From positions 29,477 to 93,476 of the forward strand of contig CAZSRZ010000002.1 of the NCBI GenBank assembly GCA_964609085.1: a DNA stretch of 64,000 bases. Direction: 5' to 3'. The notes below the pieces were generated by a model, which was given only the letters and a program-made list of their open reading frames with translations, made no database searches and was not told where the DNA came from. The first letter of the stretch is position 1, and every line of letters begins with the position of its first letter. The position numbers were made by a program, and so were the translations under genes. This stretch comes from an uncultured bacterium (GTDB lineage Bacteria; Armatimonadota; SYMT01). Below, one piece after another: positions 27,534 through 36,230 of this stretch.

Positions 27534-28895
27534 GTGATCAGACTGGGATCGATTGAGGCAGGGGAGTGCCGGGGCCTGGGTCGCCGCGAGGTGATCCAGG
27601 TGGGGGCGGCGGGGGCGCTGGGTCTGGCGTTGCCGCAATTGGTGGCAGCGCAGCCTGCGGACCGACGGCTCTCCGTTCTCTGTGTCTTCCTTCGGGGCGG
27701 CGTTTCGCACATCGACACGTGGGATGTGAAGCCCGAGGCAACCGCCGCTGAAGCCCGGGGGGAGTTCAAGCCGATTCCTACCAGCGTGGCCGGGCTGCAG
27801 TTCTGCGAACTGCTTCCCCTGCTCGCACGGCAGGCTCACCATCTCAATGTGTTGCACGGGGCCAGCCACTCCGAAGGTGAGCACGATCGCGCCATGCAGT
27901 GGGTGCTTACCGGCTATCCATCCACCAATCCGCGCGTCTACCCGAATCCCGGCGCGATCCTCGGCAAGTACATTCCCAGCACCAACTCGCTCCCCCCGGC
28001 GATCCACGTGCAGACGCCCGGAATCGGGAACCCCCAGGCCCCGCCCTCCCCGGCCTCACAGCCGGGCATCGGTGCCGGTTTCTTCGGCGCCGGCCACCAG
28101 CCGTTCATGCTCACGGACCCCCTGAAACTGGATGAGACCGACTGGCTTCGGCCCGGCCCCATCGTGGCTGACCGGCTGGACCGCCGCCAGGCCATCCTGC
28201 AGGGCATTGACCGGATGCAACGCCGCTTCGACTCGTGCGAACTCGGGGACCAGCATACCGCCGCCTACCAGCGTGCATTCTCCATCGTCAGCTCGCCCGA
28301 GGCAAAGAAGGCGTTCCGGTTGGATGACGAGCCCGACGCCCTTCGTGATCAGTACGGACGCCACGAGTTCGGCCAGTCCTGCCTGCTAGGCCGACGCCTG
28401 ATCGAAGCCGGAGTGCGGTACGTTCAGGTCAACTGGTCTGCTCGTGGCTGGGACGCCATCACGAAGAAGGACGACCTCTTCACCCGGAGCACCTTCGATT
28501 CGCATTTCGGACACTTCCCCTGGCTGCGCCGACAACTGCCCAGGCTGGATCAGGGGCTCGCCACGCTGATGGCTGATCTACACCAGCGGGGCACGCTGGA
28601 GAAAACGCTCGTGGTGGTGCTGACCGAGTTCGGCCGCACCGTCGGCATCAACGGGGACGGCGGCCGCGACCACTGGCCGCAGGCATTCTCCGTGCTCATC
28701 GGCGGTGGCGGAATCCCGTGTGGGCGGCGGATCGGCGCGACCAATGACAACGGGATGGAGATCACTGACGGTCGCTTCGAGCCGCAGTCGCTGCTGAACT
28801 CGATCTACACGCTCTGCGGCCTGGATGTCTCTGTGGGCCTCCGACAGGCCGGCATCACGGGCGACAATTCCGAGGGCGTGCCGGGTCTCATCTAG
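27534..28895 (+). CDS. DUF1501 family protein (sulfatase/alkaline-phosphatase-like, Tat signal)
   Basis: Tat-like RREVIQVGAAGALGLALPQ. GGVSHIDTWDVKP matches the DUF1501 signature GG.S..DTFD.KP. The gene is C-terminally complete. Confidence 0.8.
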   Translation: MIRLGSIEAGECRGLGRREVIQVGAAGALGLALPQLVAAQPADRRLSVLCVFLRGGVSHIDTWDVKPEATAAEARGEFKPIPTSVAGLQFCELLPLLARQAHHLNVLHGASHSEGEHDRAMQWVLTGYPSTNPRVYPNPGAILGKYIPSTNSLPPAIHVQTPGIGNPQAPPSPASQPGIGAGFFGAGHQPFMLTDPLKLDETDWLRPGPIVADRLDRRQAILQGIDRMQRRFDSCELGDQHTAAYQRAFSIVSSPEAKKAFRLDDEPDALRDQYGRHEFGQSCLLGRRLIEAGVRYVQVNWSARGWDAITKKDDLFTRSTFDSHFGHFPWLRRQLPRLDQGLATLMADLHQRGTLEKTLVVVLTEFGRTVGINGDGGRDHWPQAFSVLIGGGGIPCGRRIGATNDNGMEITDGRFEPQSLLNSIYTLCGLDVSVGLRQAGITGDNSEGVPGLI

Positions 28896-28929
28896 CCCCC
28901 GGCTGCCGACACCTGGCCGACCGGGCAGG

Positions 28930-29985
28930 TCAGCGGTCGACGCCGCAGAGCTGGCGATAGAGGCGGGTGATGCGGGTGATGTAGACTTGCGTCTCGCGGT
29001 AGGGCGGGATGCCCTGGTACTTCTTGACTGCGCCCGCGCCCGCGTTGTAGCAGGCCAGCGCTAGCTTCACCGCTTCTTCCTTCACGCGCCCGTCCGCGCC
29101 CATGTTCCGCAGGTGCGAGCTTAGGAGCCGGGTGCTGCCTTCCAGGTTCTGCTGGATGTTGAAGGCGTTGCCCACGCCGAGATCGCCCGCGGTCCCGGGC
29201 ATCAACTGTCCCAGCCCCATGGCACCGGCCCGGGAAACGGCGCTGGGGTCAAAATTGCTCTCGCAGGCAATGACCGCCATCACGAGGCGTGCATCCAGGT
29301 CGTATTTCAGACTGTAGGCAAGGATGTTCTGCGCGATGTGCTTCGCCGTGCCGACCTCGATGCGCCGGTTGAAGTAACGTACGGCATCGGAGTAGACCTT
29401 GATCAACTGCTCCGGGGAGTAGACGCGCGGCCCGCGGACGGTTCTCCCGGGAGCATTGCTGCTCACACCGCGGCTCGTCGTCTTGCGCGGCGGAGCACTG
29501 CGGGCGCGCAGCGCCGCGGCCTCGCGGGTCTTCTTCTCGTCTTCGGCCTTCTTCCGGGCGAGTTCAAAGGCGGATGCCTCGGCCTCGCGGACAGCAACCA
29601 CCACTTCCAGGCTCCCGCTGCTGCTGCCGTCGAGCGTCACCACGCGGCAGAGCGTGCGCAGAGCCGCGCCCACGTCGAGCGATACCCCTGGATGTGGAAG
29701 CCCCTCACCCTTCAGCATCACCTGCGTCCCGCCGTTCGGACCTGTGAGCGAGATCAGGGTCCGGTCGGCCTTGATGATGGCGCTGATGACCCCATGGACC
29801 TCCACGAGTTTGCCTTCGAAGGCGGCGGGTTGAGTCTGAATCAGGTGCTGCTCGGCCCGTTCGATCACCTGTGCGCGATCACGCACCTCAAAGTACGCGT
29901 CGGCGGCCGGGTAGGGTCCTGCGGCCGCCGGCGAGGCCAGCAGGCCGGCAAGCAAGGCTGAAGTGAGGGGGCCAGGGATCCGCAT
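28930..29985 (-). CDS. Secreted lytic transglycosylase (SLT domain) with N-terminal unknown domain
   Basis: Signal peptide. The C-terminal SLT motifs are VIACESNFDPSAVSRAGAMGLGQLMP ... ACYNAGAGAV. Confidence 0.8.
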   Translation of the reverse strand: MRIPGPLTSALLAGLLASPAAAGPYPAADAYFEVRDRAQVIERAEQHLIQTQPAAFEGKLVEVHGVISAIIKADRTLISLTGPNGGTQVMLKGEGLPHPGVSLDVGAALRTLCRVVTLDGSSSGSLEVVVAVREAEASAFELARKKAEDEKKTREAAALRARSAPPRKTTSRGVSSNAPGRTVRGPRVYSPEQLIKVYSDAVRYFNRRIEVGTAKHIAQNILAYSLKYDLDARLVMAVIACESNFDPSAVSRAGAMGLGQLMPGTAGDLGVGNAFNIQQNLEGSTRLLSSHLRNMGADGRVKEEAVKLALACYNAGAGAVKKYQGIPPYRETQVYITRITRLYRQLCGVDR

Positions 29986-30291
29986 GTTCACTACTTTAGA
30001 CGCGCGATCGAACGGGGAGTTCGGCGGAAGATGATGCGCACGCCTCGTCGTTGAGGGCAACGGCGGTTTAGTTTAGCCGTAGCCCCCTGCGCAGGCAACC
30101 GCTGGGTGATTCTGGCACCATCGCCGGTGCCATCGAGTCAACCGATGGTGGATCCTGGACAGCCCGGGTGCGTGGGGCGTTCTGCCCGAATGGCCCTGGT
30201 GCACGGGCGTCTCGACCACATGGCCCTGGTGCGCGTGCGTCTGGCCCGCCTGCCCCCCGGACCGGGGCCTAACGGGGAGCCCCGACGCAGG

Positions 30292-31209
30292 TCATGCGGC
30301 GTGCTCAATGGCGTCCGTCGACGCCTCTCGGACGGGGCGGTCCGGTGCCTCAGCCGCCGCCCGCTCCAATTCGGCCCACGTCACCCGCGGTCGGATTCCG
30401 TACTCGATGTAAAGCGGCTGCTGCTCGATGACGAAGAAACGCCGACCCAGCCGGCACGCCGCTTCTGCCGTGGTTCCCGTGCCGCCGAAGGGGTCGAGCA
30501 CCAGATCATCGGGACGGCTGCAGGCCCTCACCACTCGCTCGATGAGGGCCAGAGGCTTCTCCGTGCTGTGCAGCTTCTTGCCGTCGCCCGCCTTCTTCCG
30601 CGAGTCGCCGTTGCAGATCGGGAAGCGCCAGACGCTGCGCATCTGCTTACCGCCGTTCTCTTCCTTCATCTGCTGGTAGTTGAACGTGTAGCCCCGGGCA
30701 TGCCGAGCGCTCTTCGCCGCCCAGATCATCTCCTCGTGAGCATTGCAGAACCGGACTCCCCGGAAGTGGGGGGTCGGGTTGTTCTTTTCCCAGACGACGG
30801 TGTTGAGGAACCAGTAGCCCAGGTCCTGCATCTGCGTGCCGATCCGGAACAGGTTGTGGTACATCCCGATCACCCACAGGGTGCCGTTGTCCTTCAGCAC
30901 GCGCCGGCACTCCACCAGCCACTCCCGGCAGAACTCATCATACTCGGCGTAGCTGCCGAACTGGTCCCATGCATCGTCCACGGCGTCGACGAGGCTATCG
31001 TCCGGCCGTCGCAACTCCTGCTGCAACTGCATGTAGTAGGGCGGGTCGGCGAAGATCAGGTCGACGGAGCGGTCGGGCAAATCCCGCAGCACCTGGCGGC
31101 AGTCGCCCTGCACGACCCAAGACGTATCGAGCGGGAAGTGCTGGCCGGGCTGGTGGAGAGTAAAGCGAGGCGAGGTCGGGTTGGGCGGCATGGGCGGTGG
31201 ACTCCACAT
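30292..31209 (-). CDS. Beta-class N6-adenine (or N4-cytosine) DNA methyltransferase, CcrM/M.HinfI-like; orphan
   Basis: Motif IV DLIFADPPYYM precedes motif I DPFGGTGTTAEAA, the beta-class order, and the N-terminus resembles CcrM. No restriction endonuclease ORF lies on either side. Confidence 0.85.
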   Translation of the reverse strand: MWSPPPMPPNPTSPRFTLHQPGQHFPLDTSWVVQGDCRQVLRDLPDRSVDLIFADPPYYMQLQQELRRPDDSLVDAVDDAWDQFGSYAEYDEFCREWLVECRRVLKDNGTLWVIGMYHNLFRIGTQMQDLGYWFLNTVVWEKNNPTPHFRGVRFCNAHEEMIWAAKSARHARGYTFNYQQMKEENGGKQMRSVWRFPICNGDSRKKAGDGKKLHSTEKPLALIERVVRACSRPDDLVLDPFGGTGTTAEAACRLGRRFFVIEQQPLYIEYGIRPRVTWAELERAAAEAPDRPVREASTDAIEHAA

Positions 31210-31478
31210 ATAGAGTCGGCGGTTCGAGTCGTGGGATTCAGTCAGGTGCGTTCGATAGACCGTGAAGCGGTTGCCGCAGGGCGATCGCTGCCCACGCCGC
31301 CGCAATGGGCGGGGCCCGTAGAGGAGGAGATGGCGCCGTGGGGCGCGAAAACGGCATCGTTCGGCATCTACCCGGGATCGGCAGTGTTCCAATTAGATGC
31401 TGGGGCTCGGGCTTCCCCGAGGCCGAGGAGCGCCAGGTTGGCGAACTGAACCCCGTCTGAACTGCCCAGGAGACCGCC

Positions 31479-32738
31479 ATGTCCGCGTCCTCACTTAACC
31501 GCCGTCAACTGCTTGCGGGTTCCCTCGGGAGCGGGATCCTGATGCTTGCGGGGGACGCCCAGCGCGTCTGGGGCGCGGGCGAGCGTCCGGGTCTGGGGTT
31601 CATCGGCGTCAAGAACCGTGGGATGCAGAATCTCAACCCGCTGATGAAGCACTGCGTCGCCGTTTGCGATGTGGATAGCGCGGTGATGGGGGCGGCGAGC
31701 CAGGCCGTGCAGAAGGCCACCGGGACAGCCCCCGCCGCCTACACCGACTACCGGCGGCTGTTGGAAGACAAGAACGTGGACGCCGTGGTCATCTCCACGC
31801 CGGACCACTGGCATGCGCTGCAGACGATCGACGCGTGTGTCGCCGGGAAGGATGTCTACTGCGAGAAGCCGCTGACGTTGACGGTGCGCGAGGGGCAGGC
31901 CATGCTCGCGGCCGCTCGCAAGCATGGTCGGGTTGTCGGCAATGGCAGCCAGCAGCGGTCCGGCGCCGAGTTCCGCCTCGCTGTGGAAACGGTGCGCAAT
32001 GGCAGGCTCGGCAAGCTGAAGTCCGTCAAAGTTGGGATTCCCGGCGTCAACTTCAACGCCGTCGTCGTCCCCGATTCCTCGCCGCCCTCGGAACTCGATT
32101 ACGAAATGTGGCTGGGCCCTGCTCCGCAACGCCCCTACAACGTGAACCGCATCCACTACAATTTCCGCTTCTTCTGGGACTACAGCGGCGGCCAGATGAC
32201 GAACTGGGGTGCCCATCATCTGGATATCGCCCAGTGGGCACTCGGCATGGACGCGGGCGGTCCGGTGACGGTGGAGGGCAAAGCGGCGTACAAGCCCGGC
32301 GCGTACTACGAAGTACCGGAGACCTTCCTGCTCATCTATCGGTATGCCGATGGGACGGAGCTGCACTGCGGATGCGGCCCCGGCCAACAGGTCGGCACTA
32401 CCTTCGAGGGCGAACTCGGCACGCTATTTGTGAACCGGGGCAAGATCGTCGCAAATCCGCCCGAACTGCTGCCCGCAGACCTGCCGAAGTTCCCCGGAGA
32501 CACCACCACACTGCACCACAAGAACTGGCTGGAGTGCATCAAGTCTCGTGCGCTACCCGCGGCCGACGTGGCGATCGCTCATCGAACCGCGACCGTGTGT
32601 CATCTCGGCAACATCGCGCTGCGGTCCGGTCGCCCCGTCCGCTGGGATCCCGCCCGCGAAGTGATCACCGGTGATGCAGAGCAGAGCGCGATGCTCGCCC
32701 GGCCGTACCGGGCACCGTGGAAGCTGGGGCAGGGCTGA
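31479..32738 (+). CDS. Tat-exported Gfo/Idh/MocA family oxidoreductase
   Basis: Tat signal NRRQLLAGSLGSG followed by the Rossmann and EKPL (CEKPLTLT) motifs. Confidence 0.85.
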   Translation: MSASSLNRRQLLAGSLGSGILMLAGDAQRVWGAGERPGLGFIGVKNRGMQNLNPLMKHCVAVCDVDSAVMGAASQAVQKATGTAPAAYTDYRRLLEDKNVDAVVISTPDHWHALQTIDACVAGKDVYCEKPLTLTVREGQAMLAAARKHGRVVGNGSQQRSGAEFRLAVETVRNGRLGKLKSVKVGIPGVNFNAVVVPDSSPPSELDYEMWLGPAPQRPYNVNRIHYNFRFFWDYSGGQMTNWGAHHLDIAQWALGMDAGGPVTVEGKAAYKPGAYYEVPETFLLIYRYADGTELHCGCGPGQQVGTTFEGELGTLFVNRGKIVANPPELLPADLPKFPGDTTTLHHKNWLECIKSRALPAADVAIAHRTATVCHLGNIALRSGRPVRWDPAREVITGDAEQSAMLARPYRAPWKLGQG

Positions 32739-32759
32739 AACCGGGGCGCACTACGGCTG

Positions 32760-33716
32760 TCAGACCCTGTTTGGCGGCTCCTCGCCCCGAAGCACGGCCA
32801 CCAGGTTGCGGACACAGGTTCGCGTCATTCCGTGCCTGGCCACATAGCTCGCGCTGCCGATGTGTGGCGTGACAAAGATCCCCGGGGTGTGCAGCACGGG
32901 ATCGTCCGGCCGCGGTGGTTCCGGATCGGTTACATCCAGACCGGCGCCGGCGAGCCTGCCCGAGCGCACTGCCTCGACCAACGCCGCCTGATCGACGAGC
33001 GGGCCACGGCCTGTGTTGACGAGTACTGCCGACGGCTTCATTCGGGAAAGAGCTTCCGTTCCGATGAGTCCGACGGTGTCCGGCGTCAAGGCGCAGTGGA
33101 GGCTGACGAAGTCTGACTGCTGGAGCAACTCCTCAAATGGGAGGTACCGGGCGCCGAGAGCCACTTCCAGCTCCGGCTTCCGCGACCGGCCCGTATAGAG
33201 CAGGCGCATCCCGAACCCCTGCGCTCTCCGCGCCACGGCAGTCCCGATGCGTCCCAGGCCGACGATGCCGAGCGTCGCTTCGTGGACGTCGCGCCCCCAG
33301 AGCAGTCCCTGGGCCCACTGCCACCGGGCCTCTCGTGCGGCCGTCTGACCCTCGCCGAACCGTCGCGCGGCCGCCAGCAGCAAGCCGAATGCGACGTCCG
33401 CCGTCGCCTCCACCAGCACGTCCGGCGTGTTCGTCACCACGACTCCGCAGGCCCTGGCGGCGGCGACGTCGATGTTGTCGTAGCCGACACCGAACTGTGC
33501 CACCACCCGCAGGCCTGGTCCGGCGGCGGCGAGGACGGTGGCATTCACCGGAGCTCCATTGACCGGGAGCAGCCCGGCCAGCCCGGGGACACCGGCGAGC
33601 ATCTCCGTTTGCGTGGCGCGTTCCGCCTGCGTCCGAACCTCAACGGCAGCCACGTCTCGAAGCGGCGTCAACTCGCTGTCGGCCACAGGACCCGTGATCC
33701 AGACCCTCGGGCGCAT
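32760..33716 (-). CDS. D-isomer-specific 2-hydroxyacid dehydrogenase (glyoxylate/hydroxypyruvate reductase-like)
   Basis: NAD-binding GIVGLGRIGTAVARRA with the catalytic-domain R, E and H context (VNTGRGPLVD, PHIGSAS). Confidence 0.9.
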   Translation of the reverse strand: MRPRVWITGPVADSELTPLRDVAAVEVRTQAERATQTEMLAGVPGLAGLLPVNGAPVNATVLAAAGPGLRVVAQFGVGYDNIDVAAARACGVVVTNTPDVLVEATADVAFGLLLAAARRFGEGQTAAREARWQWAQGLLWGRDVHEATLGIVGLGRIGTAVARRAQGFGMRLLYTGRSRKPELEVALGARYLPFEELLQQSDFVSLHCALTPDTVGLIGTEALSRMKPSAVLVNTGRGPLVDQAALVEAVRSGRLAGAGLDVTDPEPPRPDDPVLHTPGIFVTPHIGSASYVARHGMTRTCVRNLVAVLRGEEPPNRV

Positions 33717-33718
33717 CG

Positions 33719-34441
33719 CTACCCCTCTCTCCGGGCCCGGACGCATAAAAACCCCGGCTCACGCATCAGTTCCGCATGCGCGGCGGGGTCGGCCGCCGCG
33801 AAATCGTCCGTCGGCAGAGGCTCCAGACTGCCATCCAGGCGATATCCCGCCTCCAGTACCGGGTTCAACACGGCAGAGAGGGGGCGCCGGTAGGACGGCA
33901 CCACGACCGGGGTGCCGAAACCGCGCCAGGGAGTCGATTGCACCTCGACGGCGTGATAGCTGTCCGTCCACCTCATCCGCCACGCCGAGGCCGGATGCTC
34001 ACACGAGAAAACCAGCCAACCCCCCGGCCTGGTGATGCGGCGGAACTCCGCCATCACCGCCCGCCAATCGAGGACATAATCCAACGCCAGAGCGCTGACG
34101 ATGCCGTCGAATCGGCCGTCTTCGAAGAGCGAAAGTGGCGTGCCCAGGTCCCAGAGATCCGCTCGGGCGCGGTCCCCCAGCCGAGCGCGGAACTCCGCCA
34201 GCATCGCCGGGGAGACATCAATGCCGTGCACCTGGGCGCCCCGTCCGACCAGCGCTTCCGCGTAGGCGCCCGGTCCGCAGCCGGCATCCAGCACCTGCAG
34301 CCCCTCCAGGGCCGGAAGCAGTGAGAGCACGGCCGGCCGGTCGTAGTAGGCGTTGTGCGGCTTTGTGTCGACTCGCGCGGCATACGGACCGGCCAGTTGC
34401 TCATACGCGGCCAATGCGAGAGGTTCGTTGAGCTTCTCCAT
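33719..34441 (-). CDS. Class I SAM-dependent methyltransferase
   Basis: Motif I VLDAGCGPGAYAE, motif post-I HGIDVS and motif II FDGIVSALAL. ATG at 34441. Confidence 0.8.
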   Translation of the reverse strand: MEKLNEPLALAAYEQLAGPYAARVDTKPHNAYYDRPAVLSLLPALEGLQVLDAGCGPGAYAEALVGRGAQVHGIDVSPAMLAEFRARLGDRARADLWDLGTPLSLFEDGRFDGIVSALALDYVLDWRAVMAEFRRITRPGGWLVFSCEHPASAWRMRWTDSYHAVEVQSTPWRGFGTPVVVPSYRRPLSAVLNPVLEAGYRLDGSLEPLPTDDFAAADPAAHAELMREPGFLCVRARREG

Positions 34442-34454
34442 CGGGGCACTCCGG

Positions 34455-34949
34455 TCAGTACGTCCAGTCCTGTTTCTGCGCCAGCGCCAGGACACCCAGC
34501 AGGCACTCCGGGCTTGGCCGCCCTCGAGGACCGCTGCTGATCCAGAAGCACGAGAGCTTTCCAAGGCTGTCGATGAGGTAGACCGAGGATGCCCGATAGC
34601 AGGTGTATCCGTTCGGTCGCTGCTCGTGCGGTTCGTAGACGTCCAGGAGTTCCCCCACCGCGCCGTCCTCATCCACCAGAATCCGCGGCCGGATCTTGAA
34701 CTGCTCGCGAAACACCCGGTGTTCCTCGCGGCCGCCCCGCACCATGAAGACGAGCTCCGTATTCATGCCACGCAGGATGTGCATGAAGGTGCTCCAGAGG
34801 GCGAACTCGCCCCGAGTGGTGTGTCAGAACTCGCCGCGACACGTGTGGATGATGATCATCTTGCCGAGGAAATCCCGGGATCGCCACACTCTGTCCTCCG
34901 TGTCGCGCAGCTCCAGATCGAGATCCTGTCCGTTCACCAGGCGCGGCAT
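34455..34949 (-). CDS. Thioredoxin-fold redoxin (AhpC/TSA/redoxin family) interrupted by one in-frame TGA (codon 42, nt 34826-34824): candidate selenoprotein or recent pseudogene
   Basis: The read-through translation is MPRLVNGQDLDLELRDTEDRVWRSRDFLGKMIIIHTCRGEF-TGA-HTTRGEFALWSTF...RASSVYLIDSLGKLSCFW. The C-terminal half (ORF 34455..34784) has the redoxin beta-strand pattern. The TGA falls where the active-site Cys motif is expected. See the hairpin feature below. Confidence 0.55.
34797..34826 (-). promoter_or_regulatory. SECIS-like element: UGA + 10 nt + hairpin GGGCG-AGUU-CGCCC
   Basis: Read directly from sequence. The loop GU lies at about +21/+22 from the U of UGA (E. coli fdhF has G23/U24). 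The hairpin overlaps an imperfect 13-nt direct repeat (TCGCGGCGAGTTC / TCGGGGCGAGTTC) that flanks the TGA. Confidence 0.3.
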
Positions 34950-34952
34950 GGG

Positions 34953-35141
34953 TCACAGGCCCTCACTGGCGTGGGGAGGCGCCGGGCGAAACAGCGCGAA
35001 GCAGCTCATGCATCGGAGCGACTCCATTCCATGGGTCATGACCACCTCCAACGTACCGCAGCACTCGGGGCAGAAATCCCGGTCGGAGATCTCCATACGC
35101 ATCACATCACCGCGAACCACGGCCTCGGTCACAAATCGCAT
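34953..35141 (-). CDS. Small 4-Cys zinc-ribbon-like protein (62 aa; CPECCG ... CMSC)
   Basis: Intact ORF whose stop lies 3 nt upstream of the redoxin ATG and whose 5' end overlaps the ferredoxin gene by 13 nt (translational coupling). The pairing of C-x-x-C-C with C-x-x-C suggests metal binding. Confidence 0.35.
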   Translation of the reverse strand: MRFVTEAVVRGDVMRMEISDRDFCPECCGTLEVVMTHGMESLRCMSCFALFRPAPPHASEGL

Positions 35142-35572
35142 TGGAGTTCTGGAGCCGCTGAGAGCGGCTGGCTTGCGGGCGGCTGGCTGGAGAGTGGATT
35201 ACTGGCGAACGCGAACTCAGCCACCGGGCGACCGCCGATGAGGTGCTCCTGGATGATCCGCTCGCATACCTCGGGGGTAACTCCAGCATACCAGGTGCCG
35301 TCCGGATAGACGACGGCGGTGGGGCCTTGACGGCATATCCGCAGGCATCCAACCTTGCTTCGGTAGACAGCGCCGTTCACCAGCCCCAGTTCCTTCAACC
35401 GGCGCTTCAGGTAGTCCCAAGTCGCCAGGCCGACTTCGGACGAGCAGCAGTCTGGCCCGACGCACAGCAGCATGTGCCGCCGGTACTCACCGATACCGAG
35501 CGCCTCGGCGATGCGTTCGAGCTGGCCACGCGGGGGCAGAGCCTCTTCTTCTGGGGTGAGTTCAACCGCCAT
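35129..35572 (-). CDS. Thioredoxin-like [2Fe-2S] ferredoxin
   Basis: CVGPDCCSS ... [21 protein letters not shown] is the Cys ligand pattern of Trx-like 2Fe-2S ferredoxins (NuoE/Aquifex Fd4-like). Confidence 0.75.
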   Translation of the reverse strand: MAVELTPEEEALPPRGQLERIAEALGIGEYRRHMLLCVGPDCCSSEVGLATWDYLKRRLKELGLVNGAVYRSKVGCLRICRQGPTAVVYPDGTWYAGVTPEVCERIIQEHLIGGRPVAEFAFASNPLSSQPPASQPLSAAPELQCDL

Positions 35573-35580
35573 GCATCCCC

Positions 35581-36105
35581 CTACCGCAAGATCTCCCACA
35601 CCAGGTGGTCCAGTTCCGGCACGATCAGCTTCTCCAGTGCCAGCTTCACCGCGTTCGTGCTGCCGGGCATGCTGAAGATGAGTCGGTTTGAGTAGACTCC
35701 CGCGGTCGCCCGGCTCAACATCGCCGCGGGGCCGACCTGTTCGTAGCTGAGCACCCGGAAGATCTCTCCGAAGCCGGGGAGAGTCTTTTCCAGGAGGCCG
35801 GTAACGGCGTCATAAGTCGTGTCCCGCTTTGCGATCCCGGTGCCGCCATTGATGAGGATGGCGAGCGCCGGGGTGGTAGCGATGATGCGGTGTATCGCGG
35901 CCTCAATCAGACTCGGCTCGTCGCGCACGATCTCGTGGAACACCACCTGGTGGCCCGCGGCTTCCAGTTGCTCACGGATGGTCCGCCCGCTGGTGTCCGT
36001 CTCCGGGGTCCGCGTGTCGCTGGCGGTGATGATTGCGCAAGTAACGGGACCGCGCTCGGCGGCGGCGGCGCGGTGGGCCTGAGTTGAGGGACTGGCCTCG
36101 GACAT
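35581..36105 (-). CDS. moaB: Molybdenum cofactor biosynthesis protein MoaB/MogA family
   Basis: The MoCF_biosynth fold is indicated by ITASDTR ... [15 protein letters not shown] ... [19 protein letters not shown]. Confidence 0.8.
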   Translation of the reverse strand: MSEASPSTQAHRAAAAERGPVTCAIITASDTRTPETDTSGRTIREQLEAAGHQVVFHEIVRDEPSLIEAAIHRIIATTPALAILINGGTGIAKRDTTYDAVTGLLEKTLPGFGEIFRVLSYEQVGPAAMLSRATAGVYSNRLIFSMPGSTNAVKLALEKLIVPELDHLVWEILR

Positions 36106-36230
36106 GGAATCTCCCGCCGGTCAGCCGAGCCGGAGTAGCTGCGGGTGCGGCCATTGATTGTAGTCCCCACACCACCCACAGACAAAGGGTAAACCCCCGG
36201 GCGGAGGCGCTCCACGCGGGGTCCCCGGCG

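Noticed and set aside
30196-30255. Imperfect ~30-bp direct repeat downstream of the methyltransferase
   Set aside because: Only two diverged copies, no flanking transposase or integrase. It is treated as a note within the methyltransferase finding and not as a mobile-element call.
36106-36230. Possible Moco riboswitch upstream of moaB
   Set aside because: The gap is only about 125 nt, and I could not recognise the conserved Moco-RNA stems by eye. It would need a covariance-model (Rfam RF01055) search.
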